Source: Pseudomonadota bacterium (GTDB lineage: Bacteria > Pseudomonadota > Gammaproteobacteria > Burkholderiales > Burkholderiaceae_C). From it: a stretch of 64,000 bases of DNA. The translations under genes were made by a program, and so were the position numbers. The notes beneath the pieces were generated by a model. The model worked only from the letters and a program-made list of their open reading frames with translations, did not search any database and was not told where the DNA came from. Within the stretch, counting starts at the first letter, position 1; every line of letters begins with the position of its first letter. Shown piece after piece: positions 20,077 through 29,943 of this stretch. The stretch is from contig JAZKIV010000036.1 in assembly GCA_040384685.1 (NCBI GenBank), positions 44,445 to 108,444 on the forward strand, in the 5' to 3' direction.

Positions 20077-20933
20077 AGATCATGAACGAATCTCCTTCTT
20101 CCAACGGCAGCGGCCCCTCCAGCGGCCCGGCCTCGGGCGGCGCATCCGGCGGCGGCAGCCGCCTGGGCGAGGTCATCCTCGACGTGCGCAACATCTCGCT
20201 GGCCTTCGGCGGCGTGAAGGCGCTGACCGACATCTCGTTCGACGTGCGCGAGCACGAGATCCGCGCCATCATCGGCCCGAACGGCGCCGGCAAAAGCTCG
20301 ATGCTGAATTGCATCAACGGCGTCTACCAGCCGCAGCAGGGCACCATCAATTTCCGCGGCAAGAGCTTCCACCACATGAAGAGCCGCCAGGTGGCCGAGA
20401 TGGGCATCGCGCGGACCTTCCAGAACCTGGCCCTGTTCAAGGGCATGAGCGTGCTGGACAACATCATGACCGGGCGCAACCTGCACATCAAGAGCAACAT
20501 CCTGCTGCAGGCGCTGCGCATCGGGCCGGCCGAGCGCGAAGAGATCCGGCACCGCGAGTACGTGGAGCACATCATCGACTTCCTGGAAATCCAGGCGTTC
20601 CGCAAGACCCCGGTGGGCCAGCTGCCCTACGGCCTGCAAAAGCGCGTGGACCTGGGCCGGGCGCTGGCCATGGAGCCGCAGGTGCTGCTGCTGGACGAGC
20701 CGATGGCCGGCATGAACCTGGAAGAGAAGCAGGACATGTGCCGCTTCGTGCTGGACGTGAACGACGAGTTCGGCACCACCGTGGTCCTGATCGAGCACGA
20801 CATGGGCGTGGTGATGGACATCAGCGACCGCGTGGTGGTGCTGGACTACGGCAAGAAGATCGGCGACGGCGCGCCCGAGGCGGTGCGCAGCAACCCCGAG
20901 GTGATCAAGGCCTACCTCGGGACGAGTCACTGA
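20073..20933 (+). CDS. ABC transporter ATP-binding subunit (LivG-like)
   Basis: ATGA overlap with the upstream gene; GPNGAGKS Walker A, LLLDEP Walker B. The ORF track begins upstream in a spurious extension. Confidence 0.92.
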   Translation: MKIMNESPSSNGSGPSSGPASGGASGGGSRLGEVILDVRNISLAFGGVKALTDISFDVREHEIRAIIGPNGAGKSSMLNCINGVYQPQQGTINFRGKSFHHMKSRQVAEMGIARTFQNLALFKGMSVLDNIMTGRNLHIKSNILLQALRIGPAEREEIRHREYVEHIIDFLEIQAFRKTPVGQLPYGLQKRVDLGRALAMEPQVLLLDEPMAGMNLEEKQDMCRFVLDVNDEFGTTVVLIEHDMGVVMDISDRVVVLDYGKKIGDGAPEAVRSNPEVIKAYLGTSH

Positions 20934-20950
20934 ACATGAAAGCGGATTCA

Positions 20951-21036
20951 TTCACCGCAGAGACGCGGAGATCGCAGAGGGCCGCAGAGAAAACGTCAAT
21001 GGATGTTCTCTGCGTCCTCTGCGCCTCTGCGGTGAA
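20951..21036. repeat. intergenic REP-like palindrome (86 bp)
   Basis: 29-nt arms 20951-20979 and 21008-21036, 25/29 complementary; terminal TTCACCGCAGAG/CTCTGCGGTGAA is perfect; internal CGCAGAG units. Confidence 0.8.
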
Positions 21037-21058
21037 GGCTGTTTAAAACGGAACCGAT

Positions 21059-21988
21059 ATGGGATTCTTCCTCGAAACACTGTTGGGCGGCCTGATGGTG
21101 GGCATGCTGTACGCGCTGGTGGCGCTCGGCTTCGTGCTGATCTTCAAGGCCTCCGGCGTCTTCAACTTCGCCCAGGGCGCGATGGTGCTGTTCGCGGCGC
21201 TGGCCATGGCGCGCTTCGCCGAATGGATTCCGGTTTACACCGGCATCACCAACCCGATCGTCGGCAACGTCATCGCCTTCATCGGCGCCGGCCTGGTGAT
21301 GCTGGTGGTGGCCTGGCTGGTCGAATACCTGGTGCTGCGCCACCTGGTGAACCAGGAAGGCGCCACCTTGCTGATGGCCACGCTGGGCATCGCCTACTTC
21401 CTGGAGGGCGTGGGCCAGACCCTGTTCGGCAACAGCGTCTACAAGATCGACGTGGGCATGCCCAAGGACCCGATGATCGCCTTCGAGTCCACCTTCCAGG
21501 GCGGCATCCTGATCAACAAGGAAGACCTGATCGCCGCGGCCATCGCGGCCGTGCTGGTGGCCCTGCTGAGCCTGTTCTTCCAGAAGACCGCCACCGGCCG
21601 CGCGCTGCGCGCCGTGGCCGACGACCACCAGGCGGCGCAGTCCATCGGCATTCCGCTGGCGCGCATCTGGGTCATCGTGTGGTGCGTGGCCGGCGTGGTG
21701 GCGCTGGTGGCCGGCATGATCTGGGGCAGCAAGCTGGGCGTGCAGTTCTCGCTGGCCACGGTGGCCCTGCGCGCGCTGCCGGTGGTGATCCTGGGCGGCC
21801 TCACCTCGGTGCCGGGCGCCATCATCGGCGGCCTGATCATCGGCGTCGGCGAAAAGCTCTCGGAGGTGTACATCGGCCCAATGGTCGGCGGCGGCATCGA
21901 GATCTGGTTCGCCTACGTGCTGGCGCTCGGCTTCCTGCTGATCCGCCCGCAAGGCCTGTTCGGCGAAAAGATCATCGACCGCGTATGA
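21059..21988 (+). CDS. branched-chain amino acid-type ABC permease (LivH-like)
   Basis: LYALVALGFVLIFKASGVFNFAQG; hydrophobic; operon context. Confidence 0.92.
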   Translation: MGFFLETLLGGLMVGMLYALVALGFVLIFKASGVFNFAQGAMVLFAALAMARFAEWIPVYTGITNPIVGNVIAFIGAGLVMLVVAWLVEYLVLRHLVNQEGATLLMATLGIAYFLEGVGQTLFGNSVYKIDVGMPKDPMIAFESTFQGGILINKEDLIAAAIAAVLVALLSLFFQKTATGRALRAVADDHQAAQSIGIPLARIWVIVWCVAGVVALVAGMIWGSKLGVQFSLATVALRALPVVILGGLTSVPGAIIGGLIIGVGEKLSEVYIGPMVGGGIEIWFAYVLALGFLLIRPQGLFGEKIIDRV

Positions 21989-22054
21989 CCGCGATGGTCG
22001 CTCCTTTCTCCGTCATCTCGTCATCAAGCGGCGCAGCCGCGAGGTCATTCCGTC

Positions 22055-23131
22055 ATGCTGTATAGAGAAAACGGCCAGTTCAAGACCAGCTACCGCGCCG
22101 ACCAGCAGATCTTCCCGATCCTGCAGGACCGCGTGTTCATCCTGCTGCTGTTCATCGTGGCCTTCGCGGTGGTGCCGGCGCTGGCCAGCGACTACCTGTT
22201 CCGCGCCCTGCTCATCCCGTTCCTGATCATGGCGCTGGCCGCGCTGGGCGTGAACGTGCTGGTGGGCTACTGCGGCCAGATCTCGCTGGGCTCCGGCGCC
22301 TTCATGGCGGTGGGGGCCTACGGCGCCTACAACTTCTTCGTGCGCGTGCCGGGCATGCCGCTGGTGCCGGCGCTGATCCTGGGCGGGGTGTGCGCCACGC
22401 TGTTCGGCATCCTGTTCGGCCTGCCCAGCCTGCGCGTCAAGGGCCTGTATCTCGCGGTGGCGACGCTGGCCGCGCAGTTCTTCTCCGACTGGATGTTCCT
22501 GCGCATCAACTGGCTGACCGCCAACTCGGCGTCCGGCTCGGTGACGGCGGGCAGCCTGCAGGTGTTCGGCATCCCGATCGAGAGCGCCGTCAGCAAGTAC
22601 TGGTTCTGCCTGGCCATCGTCACGGTCATCGGCCTGCTGGTGAAGAACCTGGTGCGCAGCGCCATCGGCCGCGAATGGATGGCGATCCGCGACATGGACG
22701 TGGCGGCGGCGGTGATCGGCATCCGGCCGATGTACGCCAAGCTCAGCGCCTTCGCCGTCAGCTCGTTCATCATCGGCGTGGCCGGCGCGCTGTGGGGCTT
22801 CGTCTACCTGGGCACCTGGGAGCCCGGCGCGTTCTCGGTCGACCAGTCGTTCCGGCTGCTGTTCATGGTGATCATCGGCGGCATGGGCTCGGTCATGGGC
22901 TCGTTCTTCGGCGCCGCCTTCATCGTGCTGCTGCCCATCCTGCTGAGCAACCTGCTGCCGGCGATCGCCTCGGTGTTCGGCATCACGGTGTCCATCGTCA
23001 CGGTGTCGCACGCCGAACTGATCATCTTCGGCGCGCTGATCGTGTGGTTCCTGATCGTCGAGCCGCACGGCCTGGCGCGCCTGTGGTCCACCGGCAAGCA
23101 GAAGCTGCGCCTGTGGCCGTTCCCGCATTGA
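22055..23131 (+). CDS. branched-chain amino acid-type ABC permease (LivM-like)
   Basis: GYCGQISLG, GLYLAVATLA, MVIIGGMGS. Confidence 0.92.
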   Translation: MLYRENGQFKTSYRADQQIFPILQDRVFILLLFIVAFAVVPALASDYLFRALLIPFLIMALAALGVNVLVGYCGQISLGSGAFMAVGAYGAYNFFVRVPGMPLVPALILGGVCATLFGILFGLPSLRVKGLYLAVATLAAQFFSDWMFLRINWLTANSASGSVTAGSLQVFGIPIESAVSKYWFCLAIVTVIGLLVKNLVRSAIGREWMAIRDMDVAAAVIGIRPMYAKLSAFAVSSFIIGVAGALWGFVYLGTWEPGAFSVDQSFRLLFMVIIGGMGSVMGSFFGAAFIVLLPILLSNLLPAIASVFGITVSIVTVSHAELIIFGALIVWFLIVEPHGLARLWSTGKQKLRLWPFPH

Positions 23132-23242
23132 ACGAGGAGTCATGAAGAACTTCGCCTTGCTCGCAATTACCGATGCGCCGCCCCAGCGTTGGGCAAACAC
23201 TGGCGCACCCGATTTGTTCGCTTCCACCTTTCCAAGGAGACA

Positions 23243-24571
23243 ATGATGAAGCTTCGTTTGACATTGCTGACGGCCGCTGTCGCTGCCGCGGCCGCGCTGG
23301 CCTCGCCCGGCGTGTTCGCCCAGGCCAAGGAGCAGTTCTTCCCGCTGCTGGCCTACCGCACCGGCCCCTACGCGCCCAACGGCACGCCCTGGGCCAACGC
23401 CAAGCAGGATTACATCAAGATGATCAACGCCCGCGACGGCGGCATCAACGGTGTGAAGCTCACGTTCGAGGAATGCGAGACCGGCTACGCCACCGACCGC
23501 GGCGTGGAGTGCTACGAGCGCCTGAAGAGCCGCCCGGGCGTGACCCTGTTCGACCCGCAGGCCACCGGCATCGCCTTCGCGCTCACCGACAAGGCCTACA
23601 CCGACCACATCCCGCTGATGACGCTGGGCTACGCCTACACCTCGTCGGCCGACGGCGGCGTCTTCAAGTGGAACTTCCCGCTGTTGGGCAGCTACTGGAC
23701 GGCGGCCGACATCCTGATCCAGCACATCGCCAAGAAGGAAGGCGGCTTCGACAAGCTCAAGGGCAAGAAGATCACCCTGGTCTACCACGACAGCCCGTTC
23801 GGCAAGGAGCCGATCGCGCTGCTGCAGGAACGCGCCAGGATGAACGGCTTCGAGCTGGGCCTGATCCCCGTAACCGCGCCCGGCGTGGAGCAGAAGTCGG
23901 CCTGGCTGCAGGTGCGCCAGAGCCGCCCGGACTACGTGCTGCTGTGGGGCTGGGGCGTGATGAACTCCACCGCCCTGAAGGAAGCGCAGGCCACCGGCTA
24001 CCCGCGCGACAAGATGTTCGGCGTGTGGTGGTCCGGTGCCGAACCCGACGTGAAGGACGTGGGCGAAGGCGCCAAGGGCTACAGCGCGCTCACCATGAAC
24101 GCCTCGGGCACCCAGCACAAGGCGATCCAGGACGTGCTGAAATACGTGCACGAAAAGGGCCAGGGCACGGGGCCGAAGGACGAAGTGGGCACGGTGCTCT
24201 ACAACCGCGGCCTGATCATCCAGATGCTGGGCGTGGAAGCCGTGCGCCGCGCGCAGGAGCGCTTCGGCAAGGGCAAGGTCATGACGCCCGACCAGGTGCG
24301 CTGGGGCCTGGAGAACCTGTCGCTGGACCAGAAGCGCCTGGAAGCCAACGGCTTCGCCACCATGATGCGCCCGGTGTCCACCTCCTGCACCGACCACATG
24401 GGTTCGATGTCGGCCCGCGTGCACAGCTGGGACGGCAGCAAGTGGAACTTCACCAGCGACTGGTACACGGCCGACGAGCAGATCATCAAGCCGATGGTCA
24501 AGGCCGCGGCGGACAAGTTCGCTGCGGACAAGAAGGTGACGCGCAGGACTGCTGCGGATTGCCAGTCCTGA
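23243..24571 (+). CDS. ABC transporter substrate-binding protein (type I periplasmic fold)
   Basis: AAGGAG RBS before ATG 23243; signal peptide ending VFAQA; YRTGPYA and ECETGY motifs. Confidence 0.92.
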   Translation: MMKLRLTLLTAAVAAAAALASPGVFAQAKEQFFPLLAYRTGPYAPNGTPWANAKQDYIKMINARDGGINGVKLTFEECETGYATDRGVECYERLKSRPGVTLFDPQATGIAFALTDKAYTDHIPLMTLGYAYTSSADGGVFKWNFPLLGSYWTAADILIQHIAKKEGGFDKLKGKKITLVYHDSPFGKEPIALLQERARMNGFELGLIPVTAPGVEQKSAWLQVRQSRPDYVLLWGWGVMNSTALKEAQATGYPRDKMFGVWWSGAEPDVKDVGEGAKGYSALTMNASGTQHKAIQDVLKYVHEKGQGTGPKDEVGTVLYNRGLIIQMLGVEAVRRAQERFGKGKVMTPDQVRWGLENLSLDQKRLEANGFATMMRPVSTSCTDHMGSMSARVHSWDGSKWNFTSDWYTADEQIIKPMVKAAADKFAADKKVTRRTAADCQS

Positions 24572-24583
24572 TCGGCTGACGGC

Positions 24584-24636
24584 ATTGGTGGCTCCGCAAG
24601 GAGCCGCCAATCGAAAGGCTCCGGCCTTTCGATTGG
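24584..24636 (+). terminator. two overlapping stem-loops after the SBP gene (mRNA stabiliser or attenuator candidate)
   Basis: ATTGGTGGCTCC-GCAA-GGAGCCGCCAAT (24584-24611) and the perfect CCAATCGAAAGG-CTCCGG-CCTTTCGATTGG (24607-24636). No U-tract. Confidence 0.5.
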
Positions 24637-24655
24637 TACGAAAGCCGAGCGAACT

Positions 24656-25465
24656 ATGGAACCGAACAACATCGTCCTCAACGTCAACGGCATCGAGGTC
24701 ATCTACAACCACGTGATCCTGGTGCTCAAGGGCGTCTCGCTGCAGGTGCCGCAGGGCAGCATCGTGGCCATCCTGGGCGGCAACGGCGCGGGCAAGACCA
24801 CCACCCTGCGCGCCGTGTCGAACCTGCTCAAGGGCGAACGCGGCGCGGTGACCAAGGGCTCGATCGAGCTGCGCGGCGAGCGCATCGAGAACCTGTCGCC
24901 GGCCGACCTGGTGCAGCGCGGCGTGGTGCAGGTGATGGAAGGCCGGCATTGCTTCGCCCACCTCACCATCGAGGAGAACCTGCTCACCGGCGCCTACACG
25001 CGCAAGAGCAAGTCCGAGGTGGCGGCCAACCTGGAGAAGGTCTACACGTATTTCCCGCGCCTGAAGACGCGGCGCGGTTCGCAGGCGGCCTACACCTCCG
25101 GCGGCGAACAGCAGATGTGCGCCATCGGCCGCGCGCTGATGGCCAACCCCAGCATGGTGCTGCTGGACGAGCCGTCGATGGGCTTGGCGCCGCAGATCGT
25201 GCAGGAGGTGTTCGAGATCGTGAAGGACCTCAACACCAAGGAACGGGTCACCTTCCTGCTGGCCGAGCAGAACACCAACATCGCCCTGAAATATTCCAAC
25301 TACGGCTACATCATGGAAAGCGGCCGGGTGGTGATGGACGGGCCGGCCGCCGAGCTGGCCAACAATGAGGACGTCAAGGAGTTCTACCTGGGCGTCGGCG
25401 GGGCCGAGCGCAAGAGTTTCAAGGACGTGAAAAGTTACAAGCGGCGCAAACGCTGGCTCGCTTGA
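24656..25465 (+). CDS. ABC transporter ATP-binding subunit (LivF-like)
   Basis: GGNGAGKT, TSGGEQQM, LLDEP. Confidence 0.92.
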   Translation: MEPNNIVLNVNGIEVIYNHVILVLKGVSLQVPQGSIVAILGGNGAGKTTTLRAVSNLLKGERGAVTKGSIELRGERIENLSPADLVQRGVVQVMEGRHCFAHLTIEENLLTGAYTRKSKSEVAANLEKVYTYFPRLKTRRGSQAAYTSGGEQQMCAIGRALMANPSMVLLDEPSMGLAPQIVQEVFEIVKDLNTKERVTFLLAEQNTNIALKYSNYGYIMESGRVVMDGPAAELANNEDVKEFYLGVGGAERKSFKDVKSYKRRKRWLA

Positions 25466-25478
25466 AGGGAAGAGAACA

Positions 25479-26726
25479 ATGAGCGAGTATTTCGACCCGC
25501 TGGAAACGCGCGATCCGTCGCAGCGTGAAGCGGCACTGATGGACGCGCTGCCGCGCCAGGTGGCCCATGCGCAGCGCAACACCGCCGCCTTCGCGGCGAT
25601 CCTGCACGGCGTCGACGCGGCGGCGGTCAACTCGCGCGCGGCGCTGGCGCGCCTGCCCGTCACGCGCAAGCACGAGCTGCTGGAGCGCCAGAAGGCCGAA
25701 CGCGCCAACGACGCCTTCGGCGGCTTTTCGGCGCTGGTGCGCGGGCCGCAGATGCCGCGCGTGTTCGCCTCGCCCGGCCCGATCTACGAACCCGATGGCG
25801 CGGCCCGGGACTACTGGCGCGCCGCGCGCGCCCTGTTCGCCGCGGGCTTCCGCTCCGGCGACATGGTGCACAACGCCTTCAGCTACCACATGACGCCCGG
25901 CGCCTTCATCATGGAATCGGGCGCGCACGCCATCGGCTGCAGCGTATTTCCGGCCGGCACCGGCCAGACCGAGCAGCAGCTGCAGGCCATCGCCGACCTG
26001 AAGCCGCGCGGCTACCTGGGCACGCCCAGCTTCCTGCGCATCCTCGTCGAGAAGGCGCGCGAGGCCGGCGCCGACGTTTCCAGCCTGAAGAAGGGCCTGA
26101 CCGGCGGCGAGGCGCTACCGCCTTCGCTGCGCGACTGGTTCGCCGAGGCCGGCATGGACGTCTACCAGAGCTTCGCCACCGCCGACCTGGGCCTGATCGC
26201 CTACGAAACCGAGGCGCGCCAGGGCCTGGTGCTGGACGAAGGCGTGATCGTCGAGATCGTGCGGCCCGGCACCGGCGACGCGGTGCCCGAGGGCGAGGTC
26301 GGCGAGCTGGTCGTCACCACGCTGAACGCCGGCTATCCGCTGATCCGTTTCGGCACCGGCGACCTGTCGGCCATGCTGCCCGGGCGCTGCCCGAGCGGCC
26401 GCACCAATGCCCGCATCAAGGGCTGGATGGGCCGGGCCGACCAGACCACCAAGATCCGCGGCATGTTCGTGCACCCGGGCCAGGTGGCCGACATCGCGCG
26501 CCGCTTCCCCGAGGTGCTGAAGGCACGGCTGGTGGTGAGCGGCGAGATGGCCAACGACATCATGACCCTGCTGGTCGAAGCCGCGTCGGCCCCGCAGGGC
26601 CTGGACGCGCGCATCGGCGAAGCCATCCGCGACGTGACCAAGCTGCGCGGCGACGTGCAGCTGCTGCAGCCGGGGACGCTGCCCAACGACGGCAAGGTCA
26701 TCGAGGACGCGCGCAGCTACAAATAG
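25479..26726 (+). CDS. phenylacetate-CoA ligase family protein (PaaK-like)
   Basis: FASPGPIYEP, IRFGTGDLS, GRADQTTKIRG. Confidence 0.88.
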   Translation: MSEYFDPLETRDPSQREAALMDALPRQVAHAQRNTAAFAAILHGVDAAAVNSRAALARLPVTRKHELLERQKAERANDAFGGFSALVRGPQMPRVFASPGPIYEPDGAARDYWRAARALFAAGFRSGDMVHNAFSYHMTPGAFIMESGAHAIGCSVFPAGTGQTEQQLQAIADLKPRGYLGTPSFLRILVEKAREAGADVSSLKKGLTGGEALPPSLRDWFAEAGMDVYQSFATADLGLIAYETEARQGLVLDEGVIVEIVRPGTGDAVPEGEVGELVVTTLNAGYPLIRFGTGDLSAMLPGRCPSGRTNARIKGWMGRADQTTKIRGMFVHPGQVADIARRFPEVLKARLVVSGEMANDIMTLLVEAASAPQGLDARIGEAIRDVTKLRGDVQLLQPGTLPNDGKVIEDARSYK

Positions 26727-26734
26727 TTCGCGCC

Positions 26735-28993
26735 TCAGGAGGTCTTGTCGACCTGCACCCAGTTGACCTCCATGTAGCCCCAGTTTTTGGAAATCCTGAA
26801 CGTGTTGGCGCCGGCATTCAGCTGCGCCGTGAGCTGGATGTTCTGCCAACCCAGATTGCTTCCCTGCAGCGGAAACGCGATCTCCTGCGCCGCACCGCCG
26901 TTCACGGCCACGTTGTTGTGCTGGTCGTTGTACACGTGGTAGCGGATCGTGATTGTGTACGTGCCCGCAGCCATGTTGTCGAAATGCAGATCCAACCAGG
27001 ACCCCGCTTGCGAAAAGTCGCCGACATAGCCCGGCCCGTCGTAGCCCGCGAGCGGCGAGCTCGCGGCGGAAACGCCGTTCATAGTGCCCGCGCCCGCATA
27101 CACGCGCGATGACGTCATGGTGCCGCCGCCACCGGTGCTGCCGCCGGTCGGCTGGAGCGAGATCGAATCCAGGTCGATGTAGCCCCAGCCCGCGGCGACC
27201 GCGACCGTGTTGGCACCCTGGTTCAGGGGCACGTTCGAAACCGTCACCACATTCCACGCCGGATGCGTCGCCGGGAACGGCACGGCGACCGGCGCTGCTC
27301 CGTTGACGATCACGTTCTCCTGCTGCGGCGTATACGCGTGGTAACGGATCTGGATGTCGTAGTTGCCGGCGGCGACGCCCTGGAAGGTCGCCGTCGTCGT
27401 GCCCGTGCCGCCGTAGTACACGTAGCCTGTTCCCGTGTAGCCGGCCTCGGCGGTCTGGACGGCGAGATCGGAGGTCCGGTTCGCGTCCTCGGCCTGGATG
27501 GTCATGGACGGCGGCGGGGGAGGCGGCGGCGGCGGGGGTGGCGTGTTGCTCCCCTCCGGAATCCACCAGTTGCCCGACGCGACGATCATTCCGAGCAGCT
27601 CGAGTTCCGAGTCGTAGTAGCCCATCTCCGGCCAAGGCAGTGCCCAGCTCCAGCAGTTGTCGAGCAGCGTCTGGAACTGCGGGTCGCTCATCGCGGCAGC
27701 CATCACCCCCGCGGCCATACCCCTCAAAGCCTCGGCGTCGGAGAAGCGGGTGCCATCGAGCCGGTACAGGCCGGGGAAGTACGGCCGCATATTTCCTGCC
27801 GCGCCTGGCCCGGGACCGGGCTTTTGGGGATTCGGCCAATCGGGGTGATCGGTGTTGACCCAATGCGTGTTGAAGAATCTCCCGATGCGCGTGAGATATC
27901 CATTCGTGCCTGCCCATCTGGGGTCCGCAGAAAAAACGTAGTCGCTCGCGAAGCGCCAGGGATCGCGGTACGCGTTGGATCCATACGCATCCGTGAAAGG
28001 GGTGCCTTCCGCCGGTGGGCTGTCGCCGGGCGGATACGGAATGGCGTCGGTGGGATTCGCGGTGGCCGAGTACTTGATCCAGTCGGGCAACAGCCCGGTG
28101 GTCTGGCCATTCGCATCCAGCGCATGATGCTCCTGCATATCCGCGATGAGGGCGAAGCTGCGGGGAATGACCTTGTCCGTCCAGAACGTGTCGCCCGTCG
28201 CCGCGGCGAAGGACCGGAAGTGGCCGATCATCAGGTCGGACGTGCGCGTCATTCCCTGCGGCTTGAAATACTGTCCACGGCTCAGCATGGCGCCGGTGTC
28301 CGCATCCGTGTTGACCAGCTTGATGGCCGTGATCGTCCGGATTGCGCGCTGCCTGTAGTTCTGCGGGGAGCCGTCGATGCCGTTCGACCCCCACTGCTTG
28401 TCCGCCATCAGCAAGGCCAGCGCGATGTCGAGGTCGCCGTCGACAGCGTTGTAGGAATCGGGGTTGGTCCCACCGACGCACCACGCCATCAGGTAGTCGC
28501 GCGCGTAGCGTGTCTGCCCGCCCTCGGTGAACGTCGCCGTGATCGTGGCCGTCGCTGGATTGCTTGCCACCGTCGCCAGCAGGCCGTCGAAGAGCGTCTT
28601 GGCGTTCGGGTCACCATACTGCCCGCCGGCCATGGTGACGGCCAGCAGCATCGCGTAGCCCATGCCTTCCGACACATACGTGCAGTCGGGCTTGCTGAAT
28701 GCGTCGTACGCCTGGTTGCCGTTCCACACGATGCGATCCGTCTTCCACTTGCTATACCGTGTTCTGAGTTGCTGATCGAGCGTCGTGCGGTCCGCGGCAG
28801 TGACCTGGATGCCCGCCTTGTAGGCCTGCAGTCGCCCGCCGAAGGGATAGGCTGGCGCCGGATCGGGTGCCGCCATCGGTGCTGCCGCTGCCGCAGGCGC
28901 CGACGGACCGGCTGTGGAGCCACCTCCGCAGCCGGCGACGAGTGCCGCGGTCACGGTAGCGCCAAGCAGCGCACTGAAGAACCTGGAGATCAC
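26735..28993 (-). CDS. lipoprotein glycoside hydrolase family 8 with Pro linker and two CBM35/CBM6-like modules
   Basis: GTG start with GAGGA RBS; lipobox LVAGC; SEGMGYAM, DGDLDIA, NAYRDPWR and SGNWW GH8 motifs; poly-Pro; two beta-sandwich repeats ending WGYIDLD and WGYMEVN. Confidence 0.82.
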   Translation of the reverse strand: MISRFFSALLGATVTAALVAGCGGGSTAGPSAPAAAAAPMAAPDPAPAYPFGGRLQAYKAGIQVTAADRTTLDQQLRTRYSKWKTDRIVWNGNQAYDAFSKPDCTYVSEGMGYAMLLAVTMAGGQYGDPNAKTLFDGLLATVASNPATATITATFTEGGQTRYARDYLMAWCVGGTNPDSYNAVDGDLDIALALLMADKQWGSNGIDGSPQNYRQRAIRTITAIKLVNTDADTGAMLSRGQYFKPQGMTRTSDLMIGHFRSFAAATGDTFWTDKVIPRSFALIADMQEHHALDANGQTTGLLPDWIKYSATANPTDAIPYPPGDSPPAEGTPFTDAYGSNAYRDPWRFASDYVFSADPRWAGTNGYLTRIGRFFNTHWVNTDHPDWPNPQKPGPGPGAAGNMRPYFPGLYRLDGTRFSDAEALRGMAAGVMAAAMSDPQFQTLLDNCWSWALPWPEMGYYDSELELLGMIVASGNWWIPEGSNTPPPPPPPPPPPSMTIQAEDANRTSDLAVQTAEAGYTGTGYVYYGGTGTTTATFQGVAAGNYDIQIRYHAYTPQQENVIVNGAAPVAVPFPATHPAWNVVTVSNVPLNQGANTVAVAAGWGYIDLDSISLQPTGGSTGGGGTMTSSRVYAGAGTMNGVSAASSPLAGYDGPGYVGDFSQAGSWLDLHFDNMAAGTYTITIRYHVYNDQHNNVAVNGGAAQEIAFPLQGSNLGWQNIQLTAQLNAGANTFRISKNWGYMEVNWVQVDKTS

Positions 28994-29168
28994 TTTGCGT
29001 TCCTCGTTTTCCGGAGAAAGAGAAACGAGTGTGTGTTGCCGTGACAAGGCAGGTGTGTAGCAGACCGGTAAGAAACGGCCGCTGACGAGGCAACAAACTT
29101 CTTTCGTCCCGCTAGATGTGCCACGGATATGGCCACAATGGGCTCTTCATCCACAGCCCGGAGGCGGC

Positions 29169-29453
29169 GTGCAGGAACCCGAATTCAGCAACAACGAAGC
29201 GGCCCACCAGTACGAACTGAAGCAGGACGGCAGCGTGGCCGGCCATGCGGCGTACGACGAGCAGCCCGGCCGCGTGCGCTTCACCCACACCGAGATCGAC
29301 CCGAAGTACGAAGGCCAGGGGCTCGGCTCCAAGCTGGCCAAGCAGGCGCTGGACGACGTGCGCCGGCGCGGGCTGAAAGCCGTGCCGCAGTGCCGCTTCA
29401 TCGCCGCCTACATCCAGCGGCACCCGGAGTATTCGGACCTGGTCGCGGGCTGA
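29169..29453 (+). CDS. small GNAT-like protein (YjdJ/Acetyltransf_CG type)
   Basis: FTHTEIDPKYEGQGLGSKL...PQCRFI; GGAGG before the GTG start. Confidence 0.85.
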   Translation: MQEPEFSNNEAAHQYELKQDGSVAGHAAYDEQPGRVRFTHTEIDPKYEGQGLGSKLAKQALDDVRRRGLKAVPQCRFIAAYIQRHPEYSDLVAG

Positions 29454-29467
29454 CGCCCGCCGGCGTT

Positions 29468-29929
29468 TCAGCCGGCCGGGTCCAGCGGCTTGCCGAAATG
29501 CAGGCCGACGATGCGGCAGCCCTGGTTCATCCAGAAGCGCTGCGCCACCGCGTTGGTGACGAAGGTGTCCAGCACGATGCGCTCGCAGCCGCGCTCTCGC
29601 GCGATGCGTTCCAGCGCGTGCCACAGCAGCTGCCCCAGGCCGCGGCCACGCTCATCGTCGCCGACGATGAAGTGGTCGACGTACAGGTACCTGCCGTAGC
29701 AGAAGCGGTTCTGGATCCAGTAGCCGCTCATGCCGAGCATCTGCACTTCAGCCCTACCCTCGCCTTCCTCGAAGGCGCCGATGCATTCCCAGCCCCCGGC
29801 TTCGACGTCGTCCAGCCGCCGCAGAAGCGTGTCCTCGGCAATCGAGGGATAGAGCGCGCGCAGATGGAGCAGGAACGCTTCCTGGTCGCGCGGAAACCGC
29901 AGCGGGCGCAAGACTGCCGCCTGCATCAT
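29468..29929 (-). CDS. GNAT N-acetyltransferase
   Basis: LYVDHFIVGDDERGRGLG acetyl-CoA motif A, NAVAQRFW. GGAGG before 29929; an alternative ATG at 29947 overlaps the eamA-like stop. Confidence 0.88.
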   Translation of the reverse strand: MMQAAVLRPLRFPRDQEAFLLHLRALYPSIAEDTLLRRLDDVEAGGWECIGAFEEGEGRAEVQMLGMSGYWIQNRFCYGRYLYVDHFIVGDDERGRGLGQLLWHALERIARERGCERIVLDTFVTNAVAQRFWMNQGCRIVGLHFGKPLDPAG

Positions 29930-29943
29930 CGAACCACCTCCAC

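Noticed and set aside
18142-26726. Acyl-CoA ligase/ABC/PaaK-like operon as PKS tailoring and export genes
   Set aside because: It is an importer architecture with a substrate-binding protein and resembles a widespread Burkholderiales uptake operon; adjacency alone is not evidence.
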